Of a stretch of 35,455 bases of DNA, positions 8,901 to 17,835 are shown piece after piece. Origin of the DNA: a virus (lineage: Duplodnaviria; Caudoviricetes). The notes under the pieces are model-generated. The model was not told the DNA's origin. It worked only from the letters and a program-made list of their open reading frames with translations, and made no database searches. The stretch lies in the IMG/VR virus record IMGVR_UViG_3300030329_003528, positions 1 through 35,455 of that record. One strand, 5' to 3'. A program made the translations under genes and the position numbers. Positions within the stretch are counted from its first letter, which is position 1. Every line of letters starts with the position of its first letter.

Positions 8901-11694
8901 CATCTGTTGTCATAAGAAAATTGGTTTGGGTTACCATCATTCCCCAATTTTTCTTTCGCATATCAGAATCAGGTAATTCTTCTATTAAGTTGTCAATTGG
9001 TATAGGCTCTTTCAACTCTACTAAATTGTCAAAGATTTGTTCAGCAGGGTACACATCGTGTTTTCTAAAACGATCTTTTCCTGTTCGTATTTCTTTTAAT
9101 GTACCCACATAAACAATTTTTCTTCTTAACTGTAGAGCATCTGGCTCTGCATTATCTAATGCAATTTGAGTTAAATTGATTTTGGGTTTCTTTTTTGCTT
9201 TAGGTTTTTTCTGATTGAACTCTTGAATTTCTTTATTAACAATTCCTGCTACTTTTTTAACATCGTTATTGTTGTCTTTAAGCAACTTGTTAACTCTTCG
9301 TTTTCCAATTGATTTTGCTAATTCTTCTTTAACTCTATTTTGAAAAGATGGATTGGCTTCCTGGCTTCCTTTAATTTGATCATAAGCAATAACTGCTACA
9401 GTGTTAAACCCTTCTTTACCTCGATTAACTAACTTTGTAGCCCCTGCCTTTGACAATGCAAAACCATTATAATTTTCTGTATATCGTAACCCAAAAGGAT
9501 TCAGTTTGCCATCTAAATCTCTGGCTACCATATCTGCACCAATTAGAAAAACACCTGTAGGCTCAACGTTTCCTACTTCAGTGACTCTATAACTAATGCT
9601 ACCATCTGGAGATGTTTTTGTTTTTGATAATTTTGCCTGTTGGACCTTCTCTCCTACCTTCTTGAAGTCAGTGGCTTCTTCCAGTTTCTTTAATAAGGAA
9701 TCACTTACTTTCCCTTCTTTGATTGCTTTTCGGAGTCTAATGGCATTTTGGAGAATGAGTTTAGCATTGTCAATAAATCGGTTGAAGATCTCGGTGAGTT
9801 TTGCTCCGATTGATTGATGAACTTTGCCTTGTGTCGCAAAATGTACCGCTTTGCTTGAGAACCATTCGAGGTTGGATTCTCCTGTGTCTTGCTCTCCTGT
9901 TGCTTCATTATACTTTCTCCTATCTTCTGCTACTTCATTTTCAAATTCTGGATTATTCTCTTGTTCAGCCTTGTAATATTCTTCAGCCATTTCTTCCTGG
10001 ACAGCAACATACTCTTCTGCCATTCTTTGAGGAGTCCCTGCTCTGGATATTCTAATAGAGCCCCCAAAAGATGTACCTGTTACCGTAACTTCTTTGGGAT
10101 CAGAATCTTCATCAATACCGTGATCTCGTAAGACCTGTTTTGTCTCTTCCTCTGTCCATCCTTTTTGCTCTGCTTCATCAGCCAGTGTTTTATCCAGGTA
10201 TTCTTCTTCAACAACTATATTAGGTGCTTCTTCTCTTACCTTCTTTATTAATGCACCAGTGAAATCCTTACCTTCCATCTGTTGCTCTTTAATGTTTGCC
10301 CTGGCTCCTGCTTCCCTAAACTCTGCTTCTGTTTCTGGGAACTTCTCCATATCCAAATTTCTGCGGATCATTTCTTTACCAAGTTCGGATCCAGGATCTA
10401 TCTCACCTGTTTCCTGGGCAATACCTATTTCCATTGCTTCTTCTTTGGTAAGCGATCTTCCAAAGTCACTTATATCTTGATCGGTAAGTTGTCGCAGTTG
10501 ACCAGTTTCAATTGCTTCTAATCCTTTGGCTTTGGCTTTTTCTAACTTCTTTGCTTCTTTTCTTTGTTTTCTAACTGCAATTCCTGTTGGTGCTGTAATG
10601 GCTCCACTTGCTCCAGCACCTACGATATACGAATCAATTGCACCTTCAAATAGGTCACGACCTGGATCTTCACCAGTTAATTGTGCATTTAAATTTTGAA
10701 CTACAGTAGTAGCAAATTCTTCCCAACCTTCTTGGTTCATTGCTTTAGGAACCATAAATCGGCTACTCTTATCACTAAAAACTTTAGCAATGGATTCAGT
10801 TAATATCTTATTTCCATCTTTTCTTCCATATTGTTTGATCAGATCACCAGATAAACTTTTAATAGTTCGACCAATACCAGCGGAACCCATTTGCTCAAAA
10901 GTACCTTCAGCCAATCCATCTACTAATGCATTTAATGTTCTTGTATCATCTGCCAGTTCTGGCATTTCTTCAAGCAATGTAGAGTTCTTTTGCCCACCTG
11001 TAACTGTGGCAACAGCAGGAACAGTAAGTTTAGCAGGAACTCCTGCATATCCCCCTGCGATCATAGATGCTGTATAAGGTATAGATCCTACAATTTCTAC
11101 TGCTGTAAGCCCTATTGCATCAAAAAGATTTCCTTGTTTGATATAATCAACAATACCTTCATCGTATCGTGTGTTCTGCTCTCTAAATTGATCGGCTGTA
11201 TCCTTATAATATTTAGCAATAGGATTTAAGGATAAATATTCTTCCATTTCCCTGGTTCCATCATCCAATGATTCCAATCCTGGTATCTTTGCTAACTGTC
11301 TTTGTGGAAACGATGCTAATCCATAGATAAACCCAGGTGCAGATGCCAAACCTTGCCCCAATTCTGCACTTCCTTGAGCCAATCTATTGTACATCGCTTC
11401 TGATATAGGCTGTCGTTTTTTCCCTTGTTTTTGGGGCTGTTGAGATGCAAATGGTCTGCCTGTAAAATAGGAGGTATCGGTATATGCTTTTTGTCTTACA
11501 GCATCCTGTACTTCAGGAACTTCGTTCTCTACCCTTTTTTCAATCTTCTGAACTTCACCTAATCTCTTTGCAGGATCAGGAGCATTGATAATAGATTCCT
11601 GGCGTTGTCGCTCCAGTTCCAGGTCATCAAATGCCTGGTCCAGTATATCGTCTAAATAATTACGCTGTTGTTGTGGGTATAATGGATCTGCCAT
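2959..11694 (-). CDS. Large polyvalent internal virion/ejection protein (2911 aa): helical N-terminus, degenerate metallopeptidase, two unknown modules, GNAT-like module, ART-PolyVal domain, helical C-terminus
   Basis: ART-PolyVal signature FKKWF..GKPLVVYHGT..PVYLSIQNP..GFDGII..YVAFEPTQIKS..GTF; polyvalent-protein motif LAHVRF..FIEELQSDWH..VPDAPFK..MKRMLRYA; last and largest of three ejection-type genes. Confidence 0.85.
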   Translation of the reverse strand: MADPLYPQQQRNYLDDILDQAFDDLELERQRQESIINAPDPAKRLGEVQKIEKRVENEVPEVQDAVRQKAYTDTSYFTGRPFASQQPQKQGKKRQPISEAMYNRLAQGSAELGQGLASAPGFIYGLASFPQRQLAKIPGLESLDDGTREMEEYLSLNPIAKYYKDTADQFREQNTRYDEGIVDYIKQGNLFDAIGLTAVEIVGSIPYTASMIAGGYAGVPAKLTVPAVATVTGGQKNSTLLEEMPELADDTRTLNALVDGLAEGTFEQMGSAGIGRTIKSLSGDLIKQYGRKDGNKILTESIAKVFSDKSSRFMVPKAMNQEGWEEFATTVVQNLNAQLTGEDPGRDLFEGAIDSYIVGAGASGAITAPTGIAVRKQRKEAKKLEKAKAKGLEAIETGQLRQLTDQDISDFGRSLTKEEAMEIGIAQETGEIDPGSELGKEMIRRNLDMEKFPETEAEFREAGARANIKEQQMEGKDFTGALIKKVREEAPNIVVEEEYLDKTLADEAEQKGWTEEETKQVLRDHGIDEDSDPKEVTVTGTSFGGSIRISRAGTPQRMAEEYVAVQEEMAEEYYKAEQENNPEFENEVAEDRRKYNEATGEQDTGESNLEWFSSKAVHFATQGKVHQSIGAKLTEIFNRFIDNAKLILQNAIRLRKAIKEGKVSDSLLKKLEEATDFKKVGEKVQQAKLSKTKTSPDGSISYRVTEVGNVEPTGVFLIGADMVARDLDGKLNPFGLRYTENYNGFALSKAGATKLVNRGKEGFNTVAVIAYDQIKGSQEANPSFQNRVKEELAKSIGKRRVNKLLKDNNNDVKKVAGIVNKEIQEFNQKKPKAKKKPKINLTQIALDNAEPDALQLRRKIVYVGTLKEIRTGKDRFRKHDVYPAEQIFDNLVELKEPIPIDNLIEELPDSDMRKKNWGMMVTQTNFLMTTDESNIAKQLVEMAQTGKDVFTGTPNPDFQFFSRETEDTTPEQAVERAEGERQFKARQFTSQVDEELGLGTATRSSVGFTEEYGDESALVSRFFGKQDQELLNYRGALIGLMFNQIDVTNFIGSEDGPHSLLKITIDQTDLIGLKKIMQKNRIPNKTIRIRGNQQDILLWDMGDLNNNLINAIADEYNAKEYTKQKGEFQFLTNESSRKKAREAFIGIIQDYQSKTNSGLPKAVSKFLPDFYKRKADRDRLLKQLKAKPKPSYRLAPTFYSKAERVVTEQFPPTMKSQSVINWLKKSANNSPEIEWLDLETLLKGKQKVTKEELQEWIQANKIEVEDVMLGESFTVDEEKSLSKDEFIKMFEVPDPADPDLEPMNTLDYDEEISIFIADGIWTNFKYYKAGDKEYVSLVDEIDGLSLYTIEPHEFGSGYNFGNVVQRNITDVAPGVDGVKNIIGNLSTSATKHSMYQLPGEKEDYRELLLTLPKRPLTSEEFLTGHYEEPNILAHVRFNTRRSPTGEKVLFIEELQSDWHTKGREEGYKPKKEIKELPPEYTIETEERFLDDRIAWRARVPKISTRWLGQSLKKDVAIAQAKGSALRSLNRRGVPDAPFKNNGWIELIMKRMLRYASENNFDRIAWTTSNQQIERWNNDLRKNVDQISWQKTGSITSDFRLADSVIVNGLKKNESVFNQTIPLEGETTINGQKVTLEGLLGKQMATQIRNSEDRTGVIEGNNLTIGGQGFKTIYDSAIKKILNKMGKKFGAKVDQVQIMTDIYNPDSKKLEDLYYWNQAVAQPSIPITRKMKESALKGQPTFRASKMTSTDDVLSSPSFKKWFKGSQVKDKDGKPLVVYHGTVGDFDSFNTPSYFSDAKMVSEFIMEGVDSLGMQPIGENIKPVYLSIQNPKIYTTEKEYDDYVMSPSPTFDSNLETLKNQGFDGIIYKPEDIRFSTYYVAFEPTQIKSIFNKGTFNPHDPRISFRMAPTNLVTPLAKIYQEQKGTKKSYTKKDFENDLIRLGYPEETLKTAMDLFGIIRIKQIETDEPTPIEKELKKIQDLAITRSNLKDRIKRAYRLGAVEKEKEITKLQKIVTNYARKNLPTGLFKKSEVTGLLAKVRDAKRARELATALERIDRIVDKVNKRSALAKWNKTVKKKATVKKVGGIGRGKVGADVQDIVNDIRGKKKGEGIMDLSPADVELKIELMGEIMEKSEDGEPTDDQALQLNLLLTYGAMKHKTPEEITRATNQFDELVTAGRMQVIEDQEAYKERMKEVRQEILEIVSGGVGDLSEAGEQRINLKKEGSIADIKEGLSGYDSQNQSIEYIFDKLSRLDKTSKPLESYLNNYFMPMIRQARIAEYNGLVEMQKIIKEKAEEIFGVKDSGLKRELTKRLEKNTIEKIKVYHRDREDGSQTFSELSYNEAYKKWMELKDPTLHPTFEKMGWDINKTKRQIEDQLPKDMIEWAEWQLYEFYPMYYHRVNETFRKRFNVNMPFNPMYSPISRRIGARADEGDDTLNKSKSPMGSMTSAGSLKARITNVNKDLAWIDGDRTLMKHIVEMEHFIHYTQLMRELRSVFMSPSVSLAIEAHHGKEIRRILNKFMDDIARGGVDRAMHLNWMDKWRINVTRATIGLNEVVFIKQLASIPAYLAYTPTIEWFKGLNILEWKRAYKTLSQSEELKMRYDKGFDRDMTSALQNIKPGKMITGTNWLNNIAFALTKAGDATAIFIGGWGNYKYEYKKALKEGKTREEAKKIAMKKFEANTLRAQQASNVEDLAELQRLGSGWKLFTMYMTSPNQYYRMFADGLRNLKAGRGKKSDNIKKIFVSWILLPQLFSWIANGFEWDDEEQGIALLTGPFYGLLFAGQGIEHMIRYWFNKNYSTGIGIPVYDVFGDLGKVGKGFEKMFSEKNFDTETILSIIDDFLTGASKSPLPVVGGLPYKPVKRSIASKIKVIKEGSEKPFREGIGFKFDDNKKKKKKKKKPKVGGPVYAY

Positions 11695-12269
11695 TATCTA
11701 TTTTTTAATTCTGCTAATAATGGAATAATTCCTTTACCATACTTTCTAACTAAATCGCTTGTAGCCTTATTTTTGGCGTAAGACACCATATCAATTCCTG
11801 GTGGCAATTTTTGAGTTTTATATATTTCCATATACCGTTTTACATCTTTATCAAACTCATTATTAATATTTACTTTATTTCTGTCTATTTTTCTTACATC
11901 AGGAGTTCGAGTTCCATATTTCTGTGCTAATCCTGCCAACTTTAAACTGTCCCCATAGGCTTCTACCTGTTGTTTAAATAGTTCATTACCTTCTCGTGGG
12001 ATATACTGCATAGATACTTTTGTCTCATCATCGCTTTCATCTTTAGTACCTTTATCATCTGTTTCTGTCAATACTCGTTCTTTATAAGCAAGATCTCTAA
12101 ATTTCTTTTGCTCTTGCCCAAACCGTAATATATCTTCTTGTGGAGATGCCTTTTTTACCTCTTCAGCATAGGTTCTTTTTGCTTTTAAAGAATCTGATTC
12201 TTTTTTTAATAATTTTTCTTCTTGTCTTTTTCGTAGTTGTGCAATAACTCTATCTCTTTGACTTGCCAT
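11694..12269 (-). CDS. Putative internal virion/ejection protein
   Basis: 191 aa, charged and helical; TAATG coupling to the giant gene; position in the tail/ejection block. Confidence 0.6.
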   Translation of the reverse strand: MASQRDRVIAQLRKRQEEKLLKKESDSLKAKRTYAEEVKKASPQEDILRFGQEQKKFRDLAYKERVLTETDDKGTKDESDDETKVSMQYIPREGNELFKQQVEAYGDSLKLAGLAQKYGTRTPDVRKIDRNKVNINNEFDKDVKRYMEIYKTQKLPPGIDMVSYAKNKATSDLVRKYGKGIIPLLAELKNR

Positions 12270-12271
12270 TA

Positions 12272-13093
12272 TTAACTCCCAATCAAGTATGCAATAAATT
12301 CATCGATCTTTTGTTCATCCCAGCCTTCTTTCTTTAATAATTTTTCAAAATCATTAATAGTGATTTCCTCATTCATCAATCCTGCCAAAGCAGTTTGAAT
12401 ACCTGAAGAGTTTTTTACCCCTGCTTTTTGAGTATACACCTCTACTGCTCGTTTATCATCTTGGGTTAATCCTCCTGGTGCATATCGCACTGCACCTGAT
12501 GGTAATTCATAATACCCTGCATCTTTTGTGTCACCCATTGTTGGGACTCCCATTGCTTCTCTTCCATATTTCTCAACAGCACTTTGAAATGATTCATCCA
12601 TTGCCTTTTTTTCTTGTGCCTTTTGACCTGCATATTGCATTGCTGTATCAGCCAATGCAGTGCCTACCCCAAGCCAAGCACCTCTGCGTTCTTTCTTGTC
12701 TTGGTCCATTGCCCTGGCATAATCCAACTTTGCTTGTGACTTCGCCTGTTCTTCACTTTGGTATATATCCCTACCAGTATCTGTCACCGTTCTTCTGACA
12801 TCTGCTTCGGTCTCTCGCAAACCTCTTTGTAATGCTACCGAACCACCCATACCTCTGTTAATTGCACCACCAATGTATCTATTTCGAGCAACCTGGGCAT
12901 TTCTTCCTGCGGTTGAACCCACCCTATCTATAATGTTTTTTTCCTGTGCCTGGGACAGATTTCCTTCTCTTGATCGCTCTCTCATTAAACGACCATATTT
13001 GGTATTTTGGTATTTAGGTTGTAATAATCGACTTCCAGCCTGTCCTGCTTTCACAGCACCCTGGGCGATCATCATCATTGATCGTATATCCAT
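12272..13093 (-). CDS. Putative DNA ejection (pilot) protein
   Basis: Gly/Ala/Gln-rich helical protein with a hydrophobic GAWLGVGTALA patch; follows the tail nozzle gene as in podoviruses. Confidence 0.65.
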   Translation of the reverse strand: MDIRSMMMIAQGAVKAGQAGSRLLQPKYQNTKYGRLMRERSREGNLSQAQEKNIIDRVGSTAGRNAQVARNRYIGGAINRGMGGSVALQRGLRETEADVRRTVTDTGRDIYQSEEQAKSQAKLDYARAMDQDKKERRGAWLGVGTALADTAMQYAGQKAQEKKAMDESFQSAVEKYGREAMGVPTMGDTKDAGYYELPSGAVRYAPGGLTQDDKRAVEVYTQKAGVKNSSGIQTALAGLMNEEITINDFEKLLKKEGWDEQKIDEFIAYLIGS

Positions 13094-13096
13094 AAC

Positions 13097-16000
13097 TTAC
13101 TCCGTTTCAATTCTCATTCGTTCCACCGAGAATGCATTGGTACTCGATGGAGTGGTTAATTCAATTTCAAAATTCTTTCCATATCGCTTGATAGGAAATC
13201 TGTTAATACCGCCATCAGCAGTAATTGTTTTGGTAAATGATGCAGAACCTGATCCATCCAGGTATACATTTACAGTTAATGTATCGGTCCCTGTAAATTT
13301 TACCATTCCATATCGGATCAGTCTTTTTCTATCCAGGTCTAATGGGAATCGCTTACTTTTCCAGGCAGTTCCCACTGCTTCATTTACATCAAATTTCTTT
13401 AAATCTTTATCTGTGTTATCCCAGGAAATTGGACCACTGTTTTCCCCAAAGGATAAAATGTCAAAGTTGGCACTGGTGTTTATTTTTCTCCAGGTTTTAA
13501 GCACAATATGATACGCCCATACGACCTGTGTTGCAGGGCTACCTTCTTCCCAGGTATACAATATTTCATTATTCTTTTGATCGTATACACCTTTTACAGC
13601 CTTCTTGTCATTGGCGAGTAAGAATTGGTCCTCAATTCCCAATGTAACTTTTTCCATAATGGACGGGGTTGCATCGGAACTGGCAACTGTATTTGCATCC
13701 AACTTATATATTCCATCGTGATGTACAAAGTATACACTATCGTGGACCTCAACTATGCCTTCTGGTGCGATGTTACCTATATTGATCTTGGTTTCCTTTC
13801 TGGACCAGGTATTAGGATCGGAAGGATCTACTACATCCAATACAAATATAGCCTGTGCCTTAAATACGATTAACCTACCAAACAACTCCGATAACCCTGT
13901 TATTTGTCCACCTTCTCTATCTGGGAAAGGTATCACATTGCTTACTGGTCTTACATCGTAGGCATTTAACTCACTATAGGCTACCCAGTCGTTCTGTGCT
14001 TCATTCTCACTTCCTGGATCTAACACAATATTACCTAAAAACAACCTTCCTTTTAATATTTTAGCATATTGTGAATTAACCTTTATTTTAGTTTCTTGAC
14101 CATAAGGATGCTCTCCTAAAGATGATAATCCCCTATCATTTATTGTTATTTCATTTGTTGTGCCTAAAACAGTAGACACATCTGAAAAGGTTGAGACGGT
14201 TACTGCTGTTGTCCAGTTACTGGATTGCCAAGACTTATCGGTTTCTATAAGCGTAAATCCTAATTGCTCATCCCAAGTTTCATATATTTTATTTATTTTT
14301 AAGGTTTTAGTGCTTGATCCACCATCATCAAAAACTTTAGTTGCAGTAAATTTTTTATTTAATACACTGCTTAATTTCATTGTCCCATCTGTATCTCTCC
14401 AGGGGGACATATCGTAAGGTTCGGTAGCACCAGATGCTAATGATGGTAATGGAATAACCACACCCATATATTTACCAGCAAATGCACCCTCGCTTTTTGT
14501 GCTTATTTGTGTTTTCCAACCAGGTCCCCACCTTTCTCTAAATATCTTCCAGGAATCATTGTGAAATCTGCCATTCATATTATCATCAGTAACAAACTTA
14601 TACCACCCTGTGATCGTTCGACTATCGCTTCTTATTACATCGTATTTACTATGAGTTTGTATATTAGTTGGTACAAATGGGCTTGAACTATTCCAACCCC
14701 TTATTACTGTAATGGTGGTACCTGATATATTTGTTACTTTTATTCGTTCATATCCTTCAGCATCATCATCTTCATCTCCTTGGGCACTTCCAATACTTAA
14801 ATCCCTACCTACTCCAATTTTATATATTGAATCTACAGCAAGACCTGTATTTGTATTTACTGTCATAGTTGTATCGGTTGTATCGTCTCCAAGTTTTTCT
14901 TCAAGCCTTACAGTTCCTATTTGAGCATAACCAATTATTGCATCAACTTTTTCAATTTTTTGTTTTTCAAAAGAACCTACTTTTATGGCAAATTCTGTAT
15001 ATCCTGTACTCCAATCATAACTGTCATTATCTGCAATACTATTTACATTGTTGGTTATGTTTGCACTTGGAATATCTGAACCATTTAACCAGTCCTTAAT
15101 TGCATTACCACTATCTTTAACAAATATCGTTTTATCGTTAAAGGCTTCTACATTTAACTCAAGTTCAGTATCAGAAGATGTGCTAATGTTAAGTTCGGTA
15201 TCTACTGTATCGATAAAACTATAAGAGTATATCAACTGATAAGGCTCATATGTTCCACTTATTTTTGCAGATCTATATAAATTCAAACCAGTAATTCTTT
15301 CATTTAATGTGGATATAGGTAAGTCAATAATTAATTTAATTTCTGATTTACTTATGTCATCATCATCGCTGTTTGTAACAACTTGCTTAATATTATCATC
15401 ATTAATTTCTGTTTCTTGAACTCCATCATACACTGCTGTTAAGGTGTATTTAACTATATCAGACACCCTTAATTCATCATCTGTCTTATGTGTTTCTACA
15501 TTTTTAAAGGTAAAAGGATTGGTTAGTCTATTTTCTTTAGCAAAAAAAGATGGTCCATATACCTTATTCCCATTAAATAGACTTCTATCTATCCAGCCTA
15601 ACCAGGCTCCTTTTGCTTCATTACTACTTACTTTGGCAATATTACCTGGCAGGACTCTCAATGTGTCCCCAAATGGTATAATTGGATTTCTATCTTTTTT
15701 ATGGTATAATGTGCCTAAATCATACCGACTACTTACATCGATCCAGCGATACTCACAATCTCCAGAACCATTCCAGGTATTGGCTAACCATCCTATGTCG
15801 GTCATTCTATAAATGCCTGCACTCGGGGCAACAGGATCTCCACCTGTAGACTCTGTTCCATATACAGCGATATATCCTTTAGCGTGTTCAAAGAAATCCT
15901 GACCACCGTGTGTTTCGGTGACACAATCAGCAAAACAGGTAGGATTCCAGGTTGCCTTTACTCCAACATCTGGGGCATTTAATTCACTTACATTACCATC

Positions 16001-17656
16001 TTTTGCTACTGTATACAGTTTACCATTACTTGCAGGGCTTGGTATATCATTAGTCCCCACTAATAAATATTTAGTTGATGGTGAATTATATGTAGATGAA
16101 ACAAAATTTACATCCACTGAAGTTCCAAATTGTGAAGTTGATACATCCGCATACCCACTTATTACAGTCGTATCATTATGAGTTGTATACTTTAATAAAT
16201 TATCAGGACTATCTACATAATGAATAATTACACTCTCACTACGATTCCCATTTTGTTTAAAATCTATTGAAGATAATCCTTTTACAGTAGTAGCATCAAA
16301 AGCACTGCCCTGGGCATACCAGTTAGCATTACTGCCATCATTAAGATCGTGTGCATATAACTGACATCTTGATCCACCTGAATTTGCTACCGCTATAAAT
16401 AAATAATTATGACTTACATCAGAAAAACTTATTCCACCAGAAGAGGTTAAAGTATTAACTTGGATAATTGATGTTAATCCTTTAACCTTTGTCAGATCCA
16501 ACGCAGGAGATATACCAGTAAATGCTACAGTTGATACGCTGTCAGAAGTATTTATCTTGAATAATCCGTTATTTTCTACTAATACATAAAGATCCCCACC
16601 AGCAATGTGCATAAAGGATGTATCGGTGTAATCACTGGTACTTAAATTAGCAGTTACCACACTCTCTTCTACTGATCCACCACTACTCGATAGTGTATAC
16701 TTGACAACAGGATTATAATTCACAGTTGGACTACCAGCACTATAGGAATAATGCACATATACTGCATTATTAAAACCGATCATACTACATACTTTAAAAT
16801 TGCTCGTAACGGTATTATCTTTATAGGTATTATAATTAGTTTCCGATAGATCTGATATAGATCCACCATTATAAGAAACAATATCGTGCTGTGTGCCATT
16901 TGTAGTGCTAACAACAGCCAAACACAATGCTTGACCATTCATAGATGCGATGGCTATTTGATTTATTTTACCTATGTTTTGGGCAGGACTACCCCAGGTA
17001 AAGTCATCTTTCGCAAGATTATGAGTTTGACATTTACCACCAAATGGTTTAAGCGTTAATGTACTACTTGTAAAAAAACTTCCACCCCAAGTTTGAGCAT
17101 TATCAGTATTAACTCCTACTTCAGTAGTAGAAGGAACATAATCCGCTTGTTTATAGACACCAGCACCAGATATTTCGGCTTGTGGCGAAGCGTTATTCTT
17201 ACAATCCTGGACCAAAACATAATCTGTAGCAGTAATTCCATGTGGGGATGCTGTTTTGAACCATACGATATTATCTTCTATTTGCAAATGATCTGTGACA
17301 TCTGGTAGACCACTATCCCACCAAAACAGTTTAACGGTCTGGTTTGTATCTTCTATAGTTACTAATAAATACCTATAGCCATCACCAGCATCATTCTTAT
17401 CCCCATCAAATTTATCTGATACAAAGGTAAAAATATTATGGACTGTGTAGGATTTGGTTGGACTAAAAGAACTATTAACAAATGTTAAGCCAATATATGG
17501 GATTCCTGATGGTGTTCCTGCACCAAAAGTTTTCTCTAACTTCCCTGCCTGGATCTTGAGATTCTTGATCTCCTGTGCTACATTATCTGGAAGGTCCTCA
17601 ATGTCCGCATTGGTGAGTGCCCCATCAAAATCCTTTATGTCTATGAAATTTGCCAT
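13097..17656 (-). CDS. Large tail nozzle/stabilisation protein (P22 gp10/T7 gp12-like ends) with a very large beta-rich insertion
   Basis: N-terminus DFDGALTNAD..DLPDN..NLKI..GKLEK; C-terminal propeller motifs GRLFLGN, ITGLSELFGRLIVFK, IGNIAP..IVEV..VYFV..GIY; located after the adaptor gene. Confidence 0.7.
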   Translation of the reverse strand: MANFIDIKDFDGALTNADIEDLPDNVAQEIKNLKIQAGKLEKTFGAGTPSGIPYIGLTFVNSSFSPTKSYTVHNIFTFVSDKFDGDKNDAGDGYRYLLVTIEDTNQTVKLFWWDSGLPDVTDHLQIEDNIVWFKTASPHGITATDYVLVQDCKNNASPQAEISGAGVYKQADYVPSTTEVGVNTDNAQTWGGSFFTSSTLTLKPFGGKCQTHNLAKDDFTWGSPAQNIGKINQIAIASMNGQALCLAVVSTTNGTQHDIVSYNGGSISDLSETNYNTYKDNTVTSNFKVCSMIGFNNAVYVHYSYSAGSPTVNYNPVVKYTLSSSGGSVEESVVTANLSTSDYTDTSFMHIAGGDLYVLVENNGLFKINTSDSVSTVAFTGISPALDLTKVKGLTSIIQVNTLTSSGGISFSDVSHNYLFIAVANSGGSRCQLYAHDLNDGSNANWYAQGSAFDATTVKGLSSIDFKQNGNRSESVIIHYVDSPDNLLKYTTHNDTTVISGYADVSTSQFGTSVDVNFVSSTYNSPSTKYLLVGTNDIPSPASNGKLYTVAKDGNVSELNAPDVGVKATWNPTCFADCVTETHGGQDFFEHAKGYIAVYGTESTGGDPVAPSAGIYRMTDIGWLANTWNGSGDCEYRWIDVSSRYDLGTLYHKKDRNPIIPFGDTLRVLPGNIAKVSSNEAKGAWLGWIDRSLFNGNKVYGPSFFAKENRLTNPFTFKNVETHKTDDELRVSDIVKYTLTAVYDGVQETEINDDNIKQVVTNSDDDDISKSEIKLIIDLPISTLNERITGLNLYRSAKISGTYEPYQLIYSYSFIDTVDTELNISTSSDTELELNVEAFNDKTIFVKDSGNAIKDWLNGSDIPSANITNNVNSIADNDSYDWSTGYTEFAIKVGSFEKQKIEKVDAIIGYAQIGTVRLEEKLGDDTTDTTMTVNTNTGLAVDSIYKIGVGRDLSIGSAQGDEDDDAEGYERIKVTNISGTTITVIRGWNSSSPFVPTNIQTHSKYDVIRSDSRTITGWYKFVTDDNMNGRFHNDSWKIFRERWGPGWKTQISTKSEGAFAGKYMGVVIPLPSLASGATEPYDMSPWRDTDGTMKLSSVLNKKFTATKVFDDGGSSTKTLKINKIYETWDEQLGFTLIETDKSWQSSNWTTAVTVSTFSDVSTVLGTTNEITINDRGLSSLGEHPYGQETKIKVNSQYAKILKGRLFLGNIVLDPGSENEAQNDWVAYSELNAYDVRPVSNVIPFPDREGGQITGLSELFGRLIVFKAQAIFVLDVVDPSDPNTWSRKETKINIGNIAPEGIVEVHDSVYFVHHDGIYKLDANTVASSDATPSIMEKVTLGIEDQFLLANDKKAVKGVYDQKNNEILYTWEEGSPATQVVWAYHIVLKTWRKINTSANFDILSFGENSGPISWDNTDKDLKKFDVNEAVGTAWKSKRFPLDLDRKRLIRYGMVKFTGTDTLTVNVYLDGSGSASFTKTITADGGINRFPIKRYGKNFEIELTTPSSTNAFSVERMRIETE

Positions 17657-17835
17657 TACTCCTCTTCAGAACTTTCATTATCATCTAAACTGCAATATAC
17701 AAGCACAGTATCTACTCCACACTCATCATTCGGGCATGATAAATTGGTAACGATACCATCTCCATCCATGCAATAATCTTCATAAGTATGATCTCCACCC
17801 CAGATTAATTCAGTATTACAGTGCCAACAATCCAT
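17656..17835 (-). CDS. Small Cys-rich zinc-ribbon protein (59 aa)
   Basis: Own translation: MDCWHCNTELIWGGDH...LSCPNDEC...; fills the gap exactly with TAATG overlaps on both sides. Confidence 0.8.
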   Translation of the reverse strand: MDCWHCNTELIWGGDHTYEDYCMDGDGIVTNLSCPNDECGVDTVLVYCSLDDNESSEEE

